In this document: piece by piece, positions 17,116 to 26,376 of the stretch
How positions within the stretch are numbered: the stretch's first letter is position 1
How the letters are laid out: each line of letters opens with the position of its first letter
Source of the DNA: Clostridia bacterium
GTDB lineage: Bacteria > CBDUZB01 > JAGLHV01
Assembly (NCBI GenBank): GCA_030637025.1
Contig: DAOVVV010000023.1
Coordinates: forward strand, 1-44,279
Reading direction: 5' to 3'
Length of the DNA stretch: 44,279 bases
Notes under the pieces: generated by a model
Seen by the model: the letters and a program-made list of their open reading frames with translations, nothing else
What the model was told of the DNA's origin: nothing
Database searches by the model: none
Position numbers and translations under genes: made by a program

Positions 17116-19280
17116 TAATTTCTCTTATAATCATCTCTATCTATTAAAATTTTTCGTGATTTACTGCTATCTATTAAAGAACTAATTATTCCTTCCGCCT
17201 CCATACTATCTATCAATTTAGCAGCTCTTATATAACCAATTCCTAATCTTCGTTGAAGAAAAGACGTAGAAGCCTGATTTGATTGAAATATTAAGTTAAG
17301 TGCTTTATCAAATAAAGGATCTTTTTGTTTTTTTTCATCTTCTTTATGTGCTGCATGGAAAAGATTGAAATCATAAGTTGGTTTTCTGCCTTCTTTTATA
17401 AATTCTACTATTTGTTTAGTTTCTTTATCTGAAATAAATGCTCCCTGTAATCTTACCGGTTTACTTGCGCCTGAAGACAAAAAAAGCATATCTCCTTTTC
17501 CAATCAAGTCTTCAGCACCGTTTACATCCAGAATAACCCGGGAATCTATTTTAGAAAGAACCTGAAAAGCAATACGCGAAGGAAGATTTGCTTTAATCAA
17601 TCCGGTAATAACATTTACCGAAGGCCTCTGCGTAGCTAAAATTAAATGAATTCCGACTGCCCGTCCCATTTGAGAAAGACGTATAATTGCTTCTTCTACT
17701 TCGCGGGAAGAAACCATCATTAAGTCAGCAAGCTCATCAATAATAACAACTAAATAGCATTCTTTTTCTATTTTATTTGAAGCAGAAGATTTTTTTGTTG
17801 CCAATTGATTATAAGATTCTATGTCACGAGCCATTACCTTAGAAAATTTTTCGTATCTTTCTTCCATTATTTTTATCAGGTTTTCAAGAGCTATGGTTGC
17901 TTGTTTCGGCTTACAAATTACCGGAACACAAAGATGGGGAATGCCGTCATAAATTGACATTTCCAACATTTTGGGGTCAATCAATACAAATTTTACCTCA
18001 TCCGGTCTGGCTTTATAAAGAATACTGGTAATAATTATCTTTAACCCTATACTTTTTCCAGAACCGGTAGCCCCGGCTATAAGTAAATGAGGCATAGAGG
18101 CTAGGTCAGCAATATAAGGGTGTCCGGAAACAGTTAATCCTAAACCTATAGTCAATTTTGAAGAGGCATTTTGGAATTTATCAGTCATCAATACTTTTTT
18201 CAAACCAACAAAGCTGCTTTTAAGATTCGGTATTTCTATCCCTACTGCTGCTTTACCCGGAATAGGTGCTAAAATTCTTACATTGCCTGATTTCATAGTT
18301 AAAGCAATATCATTGGATAAATTAAGAATACGGCTTATTTTTACACCAGGAGCAAGTTCAATTTCATAACGAGTAATTACAGGGCCCGGATTAATTTGTA
18401 CCACTTTAGCCCGAATATCAAAATTATTTAAAGTTCTTTCCAAAAGAAAAGCATTTTCTTTTAAATCTCCTTCCTTTGGTGTCGTTTTTGCTGCGGATGA
18501 AACAGCCAGAAGATCTAAAGAAGGAAATTTATATTCAACCGGACCCTGGGAAAAATGCTGATCTTTAGAGAAAAAATCTTTAAAGATTCCTTTTTTCTTT
18601 TCTTGATTTAAATATTTTTTGCTATTTAAAAATTTTTCTTTTTCATTGAATTGACCGGGAGAAAACTTATCACAATGCGTTGCTGTTTCTATCTTTATCT
18701 TTTCCCTGTTATCTTGAAATTTTTCTTTCATTCTAAAAAAGGGAAAAATTCCTTTTATTTTTTTTCTAATATAATTAAAAAAACGTAAAGGTTGTTTATT
18801 CAAAAACCTAATTAAAGAGAAACCTGTAGTTAAAATAATAGATATAATTAACACAGTAGCCAATAATAAATAACTTCCTATATATCCAAAACCTCCTACT
18901 AAAAGTTTCAGAAAATATTCTCCAACTGCTCCTCCGGCCATTTTAGATGAACCAAAAAAACTAAATAAAGAGCAGGTCCCAAATAAAAACAATATTATAC
19001 CAATAATTTTAACAGCTATTTTATCTATTTTTTCTCTTCTAAAAATATTGATTCCCACTAAAAACATAATCAAAGGTAAAAAATAACTTCCTGTTCCAAG
19101 ATATAAAATCAAATATTTAGCTAAAAATTCTCCGAACACACCAACATAACTAATTCTACCTGAAGAAATCAAACTCAATAAAATCAAAATAGCAAAAGCA
19201 AAAAAAACAATACCTACTATTTCAGATTTTCCTTCTTTTTCAAGCATAAAAAATAATTGATTATTTTTTTCCTTCTTCAT
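17115..19280 (-). CDS. ftsK: DNA translocase FtsK/SpoIIIE
   Basis: N-terminal TMs, PHLLIAGATGSGKS, IDELADLMM, LATQRPS, gamma domain LQRRL.IGY.RAA. Confidence 0.97.
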   Translation of the reverse strand: MKKEKNNQLFFMLEKEGKSEIVGIVFFAFAILILLSLISSGRISYVGVFGEFLAKYLILYLGTGSYFLPLIMFLVGINIFRREKIDKIAVKIIGIILFLFGTCSLFSFFGSSKMAGGAVGEYFLKLLVGGFGYIGSYLLLATVLIISIILTTGFSLIRFLNKQPLRFFNYIRKKIKGIFPFFRMKEKFQDNREKIKIETATHCDKFSPGQFNEKEKFLNSKKYLNQEKKKGIFKDFFSKDQHFSQGPVEYKFPSLDLLAVSSAAKTTPKEGDLKENAFLLERTLNNFDIRAKVVQINPGPVITRYEIELAPGVKISRILNLSNDIALTMKSGNVRILAPIPGKAAVGIEIPNLKSSFVGLKKVLMTDKFQNASSKLTIGLGLTVSGHPYIADLASMPHLLIAGATGSGKSIGLKIIITSILYKARPDEVKFVLIDPKMLEMSIYDGIPHLCVPVICKPKQATIALENLIKIMEERYEKFSKVMARDIESYNQLATKKSSASNKIEKECYLVVIIDELADLMMVSSREVEEAIIRLSQMGRAVGIHLILATQRPSVNVITGLIKANLPSRIAFQVLSKIDSRVILDVNGAEDLIGKGDMLFLSSGASKPVRLQGAFISDKETKQIVEFIKEGRKPTYDFNLFHAAHKEDEKKQKDPLFDKALNLIFQSNQASTSFLQRRLGIGYIRAAKLIDSMEAEGIISSLIDSSKSRKILIDRDDYKRN

Positions 19281-19317
19281 TAATTATCACCCGGATTATT
19301 TTTTTATCTTTCCTCTA

Positions 19318-20115
19318 CTATACACTTGCAATAACAATCAACCCTAAAATCCAACAATAATAACTAAACAAAATTAAATTCCTGTTTTTTAACAGTTGAA
19401 TTAATAACTTCAAGCTAATATAGCCAAAAACAAAAGCAAAAACCATTCCGGCTAAATATTGAAATAATAAAATCTCTTGTCCACTAAAGTCTAATTCCCT
19501 AAACTGAAGACAATTAGCTCCCAATATTGCCGGAAGCGCAAGTAAGAAAGAAAACCTTACTGTCTCTTCTCTTTTCCAGCCACAAAACAAACCCGCGCAA
19601 ATTGTTATACCAGAGCGGGAAATCCCGGGTAATATCGCTATTCCCTGCATTAATCCAACAAACAGAGCCTCTTTTATTGTTATTTCTAAAATATTCTTCC
19701 GATCTTTTTTTTTAGAAAATTTTTCTATCCCCCAAATTAAAGTTCCTGTTACCAAAAGTAAAACTGCTACTAAAGATATATTTTCAAAAACTTTTTGGAA
19801 ATAATCCTTAAAAAAAAGACCTATTACTGCCGTAGGTATAGACGCAATAAATAACAACCAAAAAGTACGGCTCCAAACGTTAGTTTTAAATTGTTTATAT
19901 TTTAGAAAATTTTTTAAAATTTGCCATATTTCATTTCGATACAAAATTATCACAACCAAGGCAGTACTGAAATGTAATAAAACATCAAATAATACCTGAG
20001 AAGATTTTATCCCTAAAAAATATTGCATAAAAACTAAATGAGCAGAACTGGAAATAGGTAAAAATTCGCTTATCCCCTGAGTCATTCCTAAAACAATTGA
20101 TTTAACAAAAGTCAT
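19318..20115 (-). CDS. uppP: undecaprenyl-diphosphate phosphatase (BacA)
   Basis: QG.SEFLPISSSAH, PGISRSG.TI, FSFLL. Confidence 0.95.
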   Translation of the reverse strand: MTFVKSIVLGMTQGISEFLPISSSAHLVFMQYFLGIKSSQVLFDVLLHFSTALVVIILYRNEIWQILKNFLKYKQFKTNVWSRTFWLLFIASIPTAVIGLFFKDYFQKVFENISLVAVLLLVTGTLIWGIEKFSKKKDRKNILEITIKEALFVGLMQGIAILPGISRSGITICAGLFCGWKREETVRFSFLLALPAILGANCLQFRELDFSGQEILLFQYLAGMVFAFVFGYISLKLLIQLLKNRNLILFSYYCWILGLIVIASV

Positions 20116-20183
20116 TAATTTCTCCCCACTTTGTCCCCGAATATATAGCTCTAATTATAACAAAAACTTCTCTTAAAAACAAT

Positions 20184-20223
20184 AAAAAAATACCTCCTAT
20201 TAACTCTTTTAACAGGAGGTATT
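20184..20223 (-). terminator. intrinsic terminator after the DUF2582 gene
   Basis: Minus strand AATACCTCCTGTTAA-AAGAG-TTAATAGGAGGTATT followed by a T run. Confidence 0.8.
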
Positions 20224-20240
20224 CAAACTAAAAAAATATT

Positions 20241-20438
20241 TTATTTTAATGAAATAGTATACTCTCTCTTTTGTTTTTGTATAATTACTTTGTCTTCTCT
20301 GGCAAGCCATCCAATAGCCATACAAATCAGGGTATTAGAAACTTTTAAATAACTTTTTAACCTCAAAATCGTAACTTCTCCATATTGATCTAAATAATCC
20401 CATATTCTACCAGCTACTTCTCCGACCATGTCAACCAT
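20241..20438 (-). CDS. small winged-helix protein, DUF2582 family
   Basis: VGE.AG.IW..L...GE and AIGWLAREDK match the family signature as recalled; AAGGGG RBS. Confidence 0.85.
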   Translation of the reverse strand: MVDMVGEVAGRIWDYLDQYGEVTILRLKSYLKVSNTLICMAIGWLAREDKVIIQKQKREYTISLK

Positions 20439-20468
20439 TTACAATATTCCCCTTTAATGTTGCAATTT

Positions 20469-20504
20469 AAAAAAAGGGTGGGAAACTCTTCCCACCCTTT
20501 TTTT
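20469..20504 (-). terminator. bidirectional-type intrinsic terminator hairpin between the Lys-rich gene and the DUF2582 gene
   Basis: A7-GGGTGGGAA-ACTC-TTCCCACCC-T7, a perfect 9-bp stem. Confidence 0.85.
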
Positions 20505-20522
20505 AAAGACATAAAAAATTTT

Positions 20523-20651
20523 TTACTTTTTTTTCTTTTTTACAACTTTCTTTTTTGCAACTTTCTTTTTTACAACTTTCTTTTTTACAACTTTCTTTTT
20601 TACAACTTTCTTTTTTGCAACTTTCTTTTTTGCTTTCTTCTTAACCACCAT
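20523..20651 (-). CDS. unannotated 42-aa lysine-rich histone-H1-like repeat protein
   Basis: MVVKKKA-KKKVA-KKKVV-KKKVV-KKKVV-KKKVA-KKKVV-KKKKK; encoded by 15-bp tandem repeats; GGAGGTG RBS 9 nt upstream; terminator downstream. Confidence 0.85.
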   Translation of the reverse strand: MVVKKKAKKKVAKKKVVKKKVVKKKVVKKKVAKKKVVKKKKK

Positions 20652-20702
20652 TTTTTTTACCACCTCCCTTTCATTTTTGTAAATTAAAATACTTACATTA
20701 TA

Positions 20703-20731
20703 ATTATTACCCTAAAAAATATTTCTGTCAA
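20703..20731 (-). promoter_or_regulatory. probable sigma70 promoter for the Lys-rich gene
   Basis: TTGACA (20731-20726), 17 nt, AATAAT; a perfect TATAAT lies 6 nt further downstream. Confidence 0.55.
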
Positions 20732-20837
20732 GAAAAAAATTCATTTTTTTATTTTTTTCTGTTAGACTCCACAAAAACAAAAAAGGAAATACCTAATTTA
20801 AAAATAAGATTACCGTCGACAAATCTTGCTTTTTATT

Positions 20838-21284
20838 TTATAAATAACAAACCGAAAACAATTCTTCTCCATATTTAACAGTCTTTCCATTTTCAACTAA
20901 CATTTGTACTATTTTACATTTTCTCTCTGCTTGAATCTCATTCATTACTTTCATCGCTTCAATAATACATATCGTTTCATCTTTTTCTACAATACTATTT
21001 ACTTCCACAAAGGGCGGAGATTCCGGCGAAGGACTTTGATAAAAAATACCCGGTATCGGAGATTTTATTACATCTGATTCCTTTTTTTTATCTTCCTCTT
21101 CAGAAGGAATCAAACTAACAGGTGATAAATATTCTTTTTCGTCCACCACTGTTTTTTCTTTTTTACTTCTTTCCTCGTTTTTTCTTTTTATTTTTATTTT
21201 ACAATTTTTTTCTTCAACTTCAATTTCCAACAAATCACTATTCACCATTAAATCATAAATTTTTTTTACTTCTTTAAACTCCAT
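20838..21284 (-). CDS. accB: biotin carboxyl carrier protein
   Basis: SP..G.FY.SPSP...PFV, IIEAMKVMNEI biotinylation motif; start set at MEFKEV behind the AAAGGAGA RBS (frame open to 21317). Confidence 0.92.
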   Translation of the reverse strand: MEFKEVKKIYDLMVNSDLLEIEVEEKNCKIKIKRKNEERSKKEKTVVDEKEYLSPVSLIPSEEEDKKKESDVIKSPIPGIFYQSPSPESPPFVEVNSIVEKDETICIIEAMKVMNEIQAERKCKIVQMLVENGKTVKYGEELFSVCYL

Positions 21285-21351
21285 ATCTCCTTTTTCCTTA
21301 CCCTTATTATTTTTCATTACAAAATAAACCTCTTTACAATTAATTTTATTT

Positions 21352-23454
21352 TTATTTACTATCTTCTTCTAAAACTGCTTTCCGTGATAAATTTATTCTT
21401 CCCTGGCTATCTATTTCCATTACTTTAACTGTAATTGCATCGCCTTCATTAACCACATCTTCAACTTTATTTACTCTTTTTCTATCTAACTTCGAAATAT
21501 GAACCAATCCTTCCTTCCCCGGAAATATTTCCACAAAAGCCCCAAAAGGTACTACACGCATAACTTTACCTTTATAAATCTTTCCTACTTCAGCATCCGC
21601 GGTTAAATTCTCAATTATTTTTCTAGCCTGGTCTACAGAAGAACTTTCAGCAGCAGAAATAAATATTTTTCCATCATCATCAATATTAATCTCTACATTT
21701 GTCTGTTCAGTTATTTTCCTGATTGTCTTTCCTCCGGCACCGATAACATCCCTAATTTTTTCCGGATTTATTTGTAAAATTACAATTTTAGGAGCATGAG
21801 GAGAAACTTCCTTTCTGGAATCACTTATTACTTGTTCCATTTGTTCTAAAATAAACAGTCTCCCTTTTTTTGCTTGTTGTATAACCTCACGTAAAATTTC
21901 CAGGCTAAGACCTTTTACTTTAATATCCATTTGTAAAGCCGTAACCCCTTTTCGCGATCCTGCCAATTTAAAATCCATATCACCTAAATGATCTTCTAAT
22001 CCTTGAATATCCGTAAGAACTCTAAATTTTTCTCCTTCCTTAATTAATCCCATAGCCACACCTGCCACCGGTGCAGAAATCGGAATTCCGGCATCCATCA
22101 AAGAAAGACTTCCTCCACAAACCGAAGCCATAGAAGAAGAACCGTTAGATTCTAAAATATCAGAAACAAGGCGTATAGTATAAGGAAATTTTTCATCTGA
22201 AGGCAATACAGATATCAAAGAACGTTCTGCCAATATCCCATGACCTATTTCTCTTCTCCCCGGTCCCCGTTCAGGTTTTACTTCTCCGGTACTAAAAGAA
22301 AGAAAATTGTAATGCAGCATAAACCTTTTCTTGTATTCTTTCTCTAATCCATCAACAATTTGCTTATCAGAACTAGTTCCTAAAGTAGTAACTACCAAAG
22401 CTTGCGTTTGCCCCCTAGTAAATAATCCCGAACCATGTACACGAGGCAAGATTCCTACTTTACAAGTAATAGGTCTTATTTCTTCCGTTTTTCTTCCGTC
22501 TAAGCGTTTTCCTTCTTCCAAAATTAATTTTCTTACACTAACAGACAACAATTCTTTTATTATTTTCCCAAGCAACCCGGAATTATCGCCTAAAATTTCT
22601 TTAAACTCAATTAAAGCTTTATCTTTTACCTCTTCTAATATTTTTTCCCTTTCTTTTTCATCCCCGTTTAAAACAGCATTATTGACATCTTCCCTGCAAA
22701 ATTCTGTTATTTTATTTTTATCTTCCTCGTTTAGAAAAATATTTTCTGTAAATTCTATTTTTTTCTTACCATATTCCCTTACAAATTCTTCTTCTTTTTC
22801 CACTATTACTTTTATATAAGAAGAAGCTAGTTCCAAAGCTTTAAATAAATCTTCTTCCGATACTTCCTGAGTAAAACCTTCCACCATAATAACATTTTCT
22901 TTACTCCCTGAAACAATAATATCCAGATCACTATTTTCCATTTCAGATAGAGTAGGATTTACCTTAAACTCTCCATCAATTCTTCCTATGCGTACTGCTG
23001 CAATGAGATTATCGAAAGGAATATCAGAAAGTCCAAGAGCAATAGAAGCTCCTATAATAGCCGGAACATCTCCATTATTTTCCTGGTCACAGGAAAGAAC
23101 CATTGCTATTATTTGTATTTTTCTATCTATCTGTTGAGGAAACAACGGCCTTACTGAACGATCAATCAACCTGGAAGTTAATATTTCTTTTTCTCTGGGT
23201 CTGCCTTCTCTCTTAAAAAATCCACCGGGAATCTTACCTGCAGCATAAGTTCTTTCTTTATAATCTACAAATAGAGGAAGAAAATCTAATTTTTCATCCT
23301 TTTCGAAAGATGTTGTTACCGTTACTAAAACTATCGTTTCACCGTATTGAACTAAAACAGAGCCACTGGATTGTTTAGCCAATTCCCCCGTTTTAATTAT
23401 TAAATCTTCTTTTCCTATCGTGAATTTCATTTCATTAACTTTTTCCATTTCCAT
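21352..23454 (-). CDS. pnp: polyribonucleotide nucleotidyltransferase
   Basis: AAGKIPGGFFKREG, HGSGLFTRGQTQ, ESNGSSSMAS, GDMDFK, KH and S1 domains. Confidence 0.99.
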   Translation of the reverse strand: MEMEKVNEMKFTIGKEDLIIKTGELAKQSSGSVLVQYGETIVLVTVTTSFEKDEKLDFLPLFVDYKERTYAAGKIPGGFFKREGRPREKEILTSRLIDRSVRPLFPQQIDRKIQIIAMVLSCDQENNGDVPAIIGASIALGLSDIPFDNLIAAVRIGRIDGEFKVNPTLSEMENSDLDIIVSGSKENVIMVEGFTQEVSEEDLFKALELASSYIKVIVEKEEEFVREYGKKKIEFTENIFLNEEDKNKITEFCREDVNNAVLNGDEKEREKILEEVKDKALIEFKEILGDNSGLLGKIIKELLSVSVRKLILEEGKRLDGRKTEEIRPITCKVGILPRVHGSGLFTRGQTQALVVTTLGTSSDKQIVDGLEKEYKKRFMLHYNFLSFSTGEVKPERGPGRREIGHGILAERSLISVLPSDEKFPYTIRLVSDILESNGSSSMASVCGGSLSLMDAGIPISAPVAGVAMGLIKEGEKFRVLTDIQGLEDHLGDMDFKLAGSRKGVTALQMDIKVKGLSLEILREVIQQAKKGRLFILEQMEQVISDSRKEVSPHAPKIVILQINPEKIRDVIGAGGKTIRKITEQTNVEINIDDDGKIFISAAESSSVDQARKIIENLTADAEVGKIYKGKVMRVVPFGAFVEIFPGKEGLVHISKLDRKRVNKVEDVVNEGDAITVKVMEIDSQGRINLSRKAVLEEDSK

Positions 23455-23489
23455 TTAATCTCCTATTAATTTCCTATTTTTTTTGCTTG

Positions 23490-23759
23490 TTATTTACGCA
23501 ACTTCAATTTGCCGATAACCTCTCTGTACTTTTTCAGATTGTACTCCTTTAAATAATTTAACAACTTCCTTCTTCTTCCCACTAACTTTAAAAGTCCACG
23601 ACGAGAATGATGATCTTTTTTGTGAGTCTTGAAATGTTCGTTCAAATACTCAATCCGAGAAGTCAAAAGCGCAATCTGAACTTCCGGAGACCCGCTATCC
23701 TTCTCATGAAGTTTGAATTGATTAATAATTCCACTTTTTGATTCTTTACTTAAAGCCAT
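23490..23759 (-). CDS. rpsO: 30S ribosomal protein S15
   Basis: [31 protein letters not shown]. Confidence 0.99.
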   Translation of the reverse strand: MALSKESKSGIINQFKLHEKDSGSPEVQIALLTSRIEYLNEHFKTHKKDHHSRRGLLKLVGRRRKLLNYLKEYNLKKYREVIGKLKLRK

Positions 23760-23815
23760 TATATTCTACCTCCTTACTTTATTTGAGCTCATTATAAACT
23801 ATTAATTTGAAATTC

Positions 23816-23844
23816 ATTTTATCATATTTCATTCTTTTTGTAAA
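23816..23844 (-). promoter_or_regulatory. sigma70-type promoter of rpsO-pnp
   Basis: TTTACA, 17 nt, TAAAAT with a TGn extension. Confidence 0.6.
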
Positions 23845-23953
23845 CATTTTAAAAATCAAATTCCTTTGACAATAAGAACCTTTTTGAAATTTCATTTACC
23901 CCCCCCTGTTCTTTTAAAAAAAGGTACCGGATAAATTTTATTCTAAATTGACT

Positions 23954-24886
23954 TTAAATTGTTTTTTTTGAAAAAAAATTATGAGCATATTCTATATCTT
24001 TAATCATTTGTTTGATTAATTTTTCTTTAGTAACAAATTTTTTTTCATTCCTTATTTTTTTAATTAACTCTATTTCCACTTTTTTTCTGTAAATATTTTT
24101 ATTAAACCTGAAAATATGAACCTCAACTACTTTTTTACCCGTACCCAAATATAAAGTAGGACGAAACCCAATATTAACAATGCCCTGATACTGCTTTGCT
24201 TTATAAAAAACATTAGCTACATAAACCCCCTCCGGTAAAATTACATTTCCGGAACAACTAAGGTTTGCTGTAGGAATATTCCACTCCAACCCTTTACCCT
24301 TTCCTTTAACTACCATCCCGGAAAGTCTGTAATAATATCCTAACAGACGATTAGCCTTATCTATTTTTCCACATTGTAACAATTGCCTTATCTTTGTACT
24401 GCTTACTAAAACATTACCTGCTTTAAAAGGAGAAATTATCCTTACCTTTATATTGTATTTTTTTGCTTCCCTTTCTAAATCATTAACATTTCCTGTCCGC
24501 CTGCATCCAAAACCAAAATTGTATCCGATAAAAATTTCCCTGCTCCCAATTCTTTTCCATAATATATCTCTCACAAAATCCCCGGGAGAAAGATTTACAA
24601 TATTTTTATTAAAATTTATTACCAACATTACATCTACTCCTATTTTTCGCAATAATTTTTCTTTTTGTTTAAGAGTAGTTAATAAGTACACTTTTTCCCT
24701 AGAAGAAATTATGTTTTTGGGATGTAAATCAAAGGTAACAACCATACAGGAAGAACGTAACCGGCAAGCACGTTTTACAGCAGAATAAACTACTTTCTGA
24801 TGACCACGATGAACTCCATCAAATACTCCCATAGTTATTATAAAATTTTTGTCTTTTAACTTATTTAATCCATAAATAACCTTCAT
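23954..24886 (-). CDS. ribF: bifunctional riboflavin kinase/FAD synthetase
   Basis: GVFDGVHRGH, VSSTKIR, PTAN, NIGFRPT, EVHI. Confidence 0.96.
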   Translation of the reverse strand: MKVIYGLNKLKDKNFIITMGVFDGVHRGHQKVVYSAVKRACRLRSSCMVVTFDLHPKNIISSREKVYLLTTLKQKEKLLRKIGVDVMLVINFNKNIVNLSPGDFVRDILWKRIGSREIFIGYNFGFGCRRTGNVNDLEREAKKYNIKVRIISPFKAGNVLVSSTKIRQLLQCGKIDKANRLLGYYYRLSGMVVKGKGKGLEWNIPTANLSCSGNVILPEGVYVANVFYKAKQYQGIVNIGFRPTLYLGTGKKVVEVHIFRFNKNIYRKKVEIELIKKIRNEKKFVTKEKLIKQMIKDIEYAHNFFSKKTI

Positions 24887-24933
24887 TGCATTTACAACTG
24901 TTTTCCTTAAGAAAAGATAACAATTTTATCCTT

Positions 24934-25944
24934 TTAAATTTTATTTATATGTTTATGAACTACATTTAATACTTGTTTTTTTACATCTTTAAGTGTTCCA
25001 TATATTTTACAACCTGCAGCTTTAATATGCCCCCCTCCATTAAAAAAAGCAGCAATTTCTCTCACATCCGCTTTACCGTTGGAACGAAAACTTACTTTAA
25101 CTTTATCTTTGTGTTCCTGTTGTTCCTGAAATAAAATAGCTACTTCTATCCCGGAAATCATTGAAGCATAATTAATAATACCTTCTGTCTCCTGATCTCG
25201 TATACCTATCTTTTCATATATTTTTCTATTTACTTCCAAATAAGCAATATTCTTTGCCGAATTAAGCTTTAAAGTAGAAAGAACCGCCCCTAATAATTTC
25301 TGTTTCTGGAAACTTTTGTTTTGATAAATTCTTTTTGATATTTCTTTGGGTAAAACCCCTAATTTTAAAAGTTCCCCGGCAATAGAAAAAACCTCAGAAG
25401 TAGTATTACTTTCCTGAAACTTACATGTTTCCGTTACAAGTCCTACATAAATGCATAATGCTTCCTGTAAAGTTAATTTACTTTTTGCTTTTTTTAATAA
25501 ATAATATATTTGTTCAACAGTTGAACTAAATTTGTGGCTGACAAAATTAATATCTCCAAACAAAGGAGTTTCAATATGATGATCAATATTAACCACTATC
25601 TTTGCTTGTTTTTTAAGATTTATAATACCCCCTGTTCTTTCCTGGGAACCACAATCTAAAATAAAAGCTACATCAAATATTCCTTTTATCCTTTTTTTAG
25701 TCTTTATTTTTTCGCTCCCCGGCAAAAAATGATAAATGGAAGGAATTTCATCTGTCATTGCCACACAAACTTTTTTTCCTTTATTTTTCAAATATGATGC
25801 CAAGGCAAGAGTCGAACCAAAACTATCCCCATCAGGATGAATATGACTGGTAATAAAAAAAGTTTCATTTTTATTAATAACATTTAAAATTTTAATTAAT
25901 ATTTCTTTTTCTTTTTTGAGCAATCCTTCCATTGTTATATTCAC
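24934..25944 (-). CDS. nrnA: DHH-DHHA1 phosphoesterase (NrnA-like oligoribonuclease/PAP phosphatase)
   Basis: H..PDGD..GS, NIDHH, SFRS, GGGH..AAG; follows rbfA. Confidence 0.88.
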   Translation of the reverse strand: MNITMEGLLKKEKEILIKILNVINKNETFFITSHIHPDGDSFGSTLALASYLKNKGKKVCVAMTDEIPSIYHFLPGSEKIKTKKRIKGIFDVAFILDCGSQERTGGIINLKKQAKIVVNIDHHIETPLFGDINFVSHKFSSTVEQIYYLLKKAKSKLTLQEALCIYVGLVTETCKFQESNTTSEVFSIAGELLKLGVLPKEISKRIYQNKSFQKQKLLGAVLSTLKLNSAKNIAYLEVNRKIYEKIGIRDQETEGIINYASMISGIEVAILFQEQQEHKDKVKVSFRSNGKADVREIAAFFNGGGHIKAAGCKIYGTLKDVKKQVLNVVHKHINKI

Positions 25945-25945
25945 C

Positions 25946-26299
25946 TTAAGCGGACTTTTTTCTTTTCTTTATCTTTTCTAATAAATCATCAATATGAGAA
26001 GCTTCTTCCGGTATCTGATCATAAAAAAACTCAATACGGGGAGTATGTCTTAGTCTCACCCTCCTCCCTATTTGCCGACGAATAAAAGAACTAGATACTT
26101 TTAAAATTTCAGCTGTTTCTTTTTTATTTTTTTCCGTACCGTAAACGCTATAATAAACTCTTGCCTCTTGCAAATCGTTACTAACTTTTACCTGGGTTAT
26201 AGTTATAAACCCCAATTTAGGATTATTTATTTCCTTTCGAAGAATATTGTTTATTTCTTCTCGTAAAAGCTCACCCACACGTTGGGGTCTTTTAGACAT
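25946..26299 (-). CDS. rbfA: ribosome-binding factor A
   Basis: R..RV, ITIT.V.VS.DL..A.VY, LRHTP...F.YD; start set at MSKR (frame open to 26332). Confidence 0.95.
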   Translation of the reverse strand: MSKRPQRVGELLREEINNILRKEINNPKLGFITITQVKVSNDLQEARVYYSVYGTEKNKKETAEILKVSSSFIRRQIGRRVRLRHTPRIEFFYDQIPEEASHIDDLLEKIKKRKKSA

Positions 26300-26376
26300 T
26301 ATTGCCCCTCTCATACATTCCACTATATTCAATACCTGATAATTCCAATTACAGGCTAAATCTAAATAATATATTT

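Noticed and set aside
20457-20687. 76-aa + strand ORF with FLFYN/FLFCN repeats
   Set aside because: Antisense shadow of the Lys-rich gene; it spans the terminator, while RBS and promoter point to the minus strand.
23760-23815. S15 autoregulatory leader RNA
   Set aside because: Expected by position, but I could not identify a convincing structure by eye.
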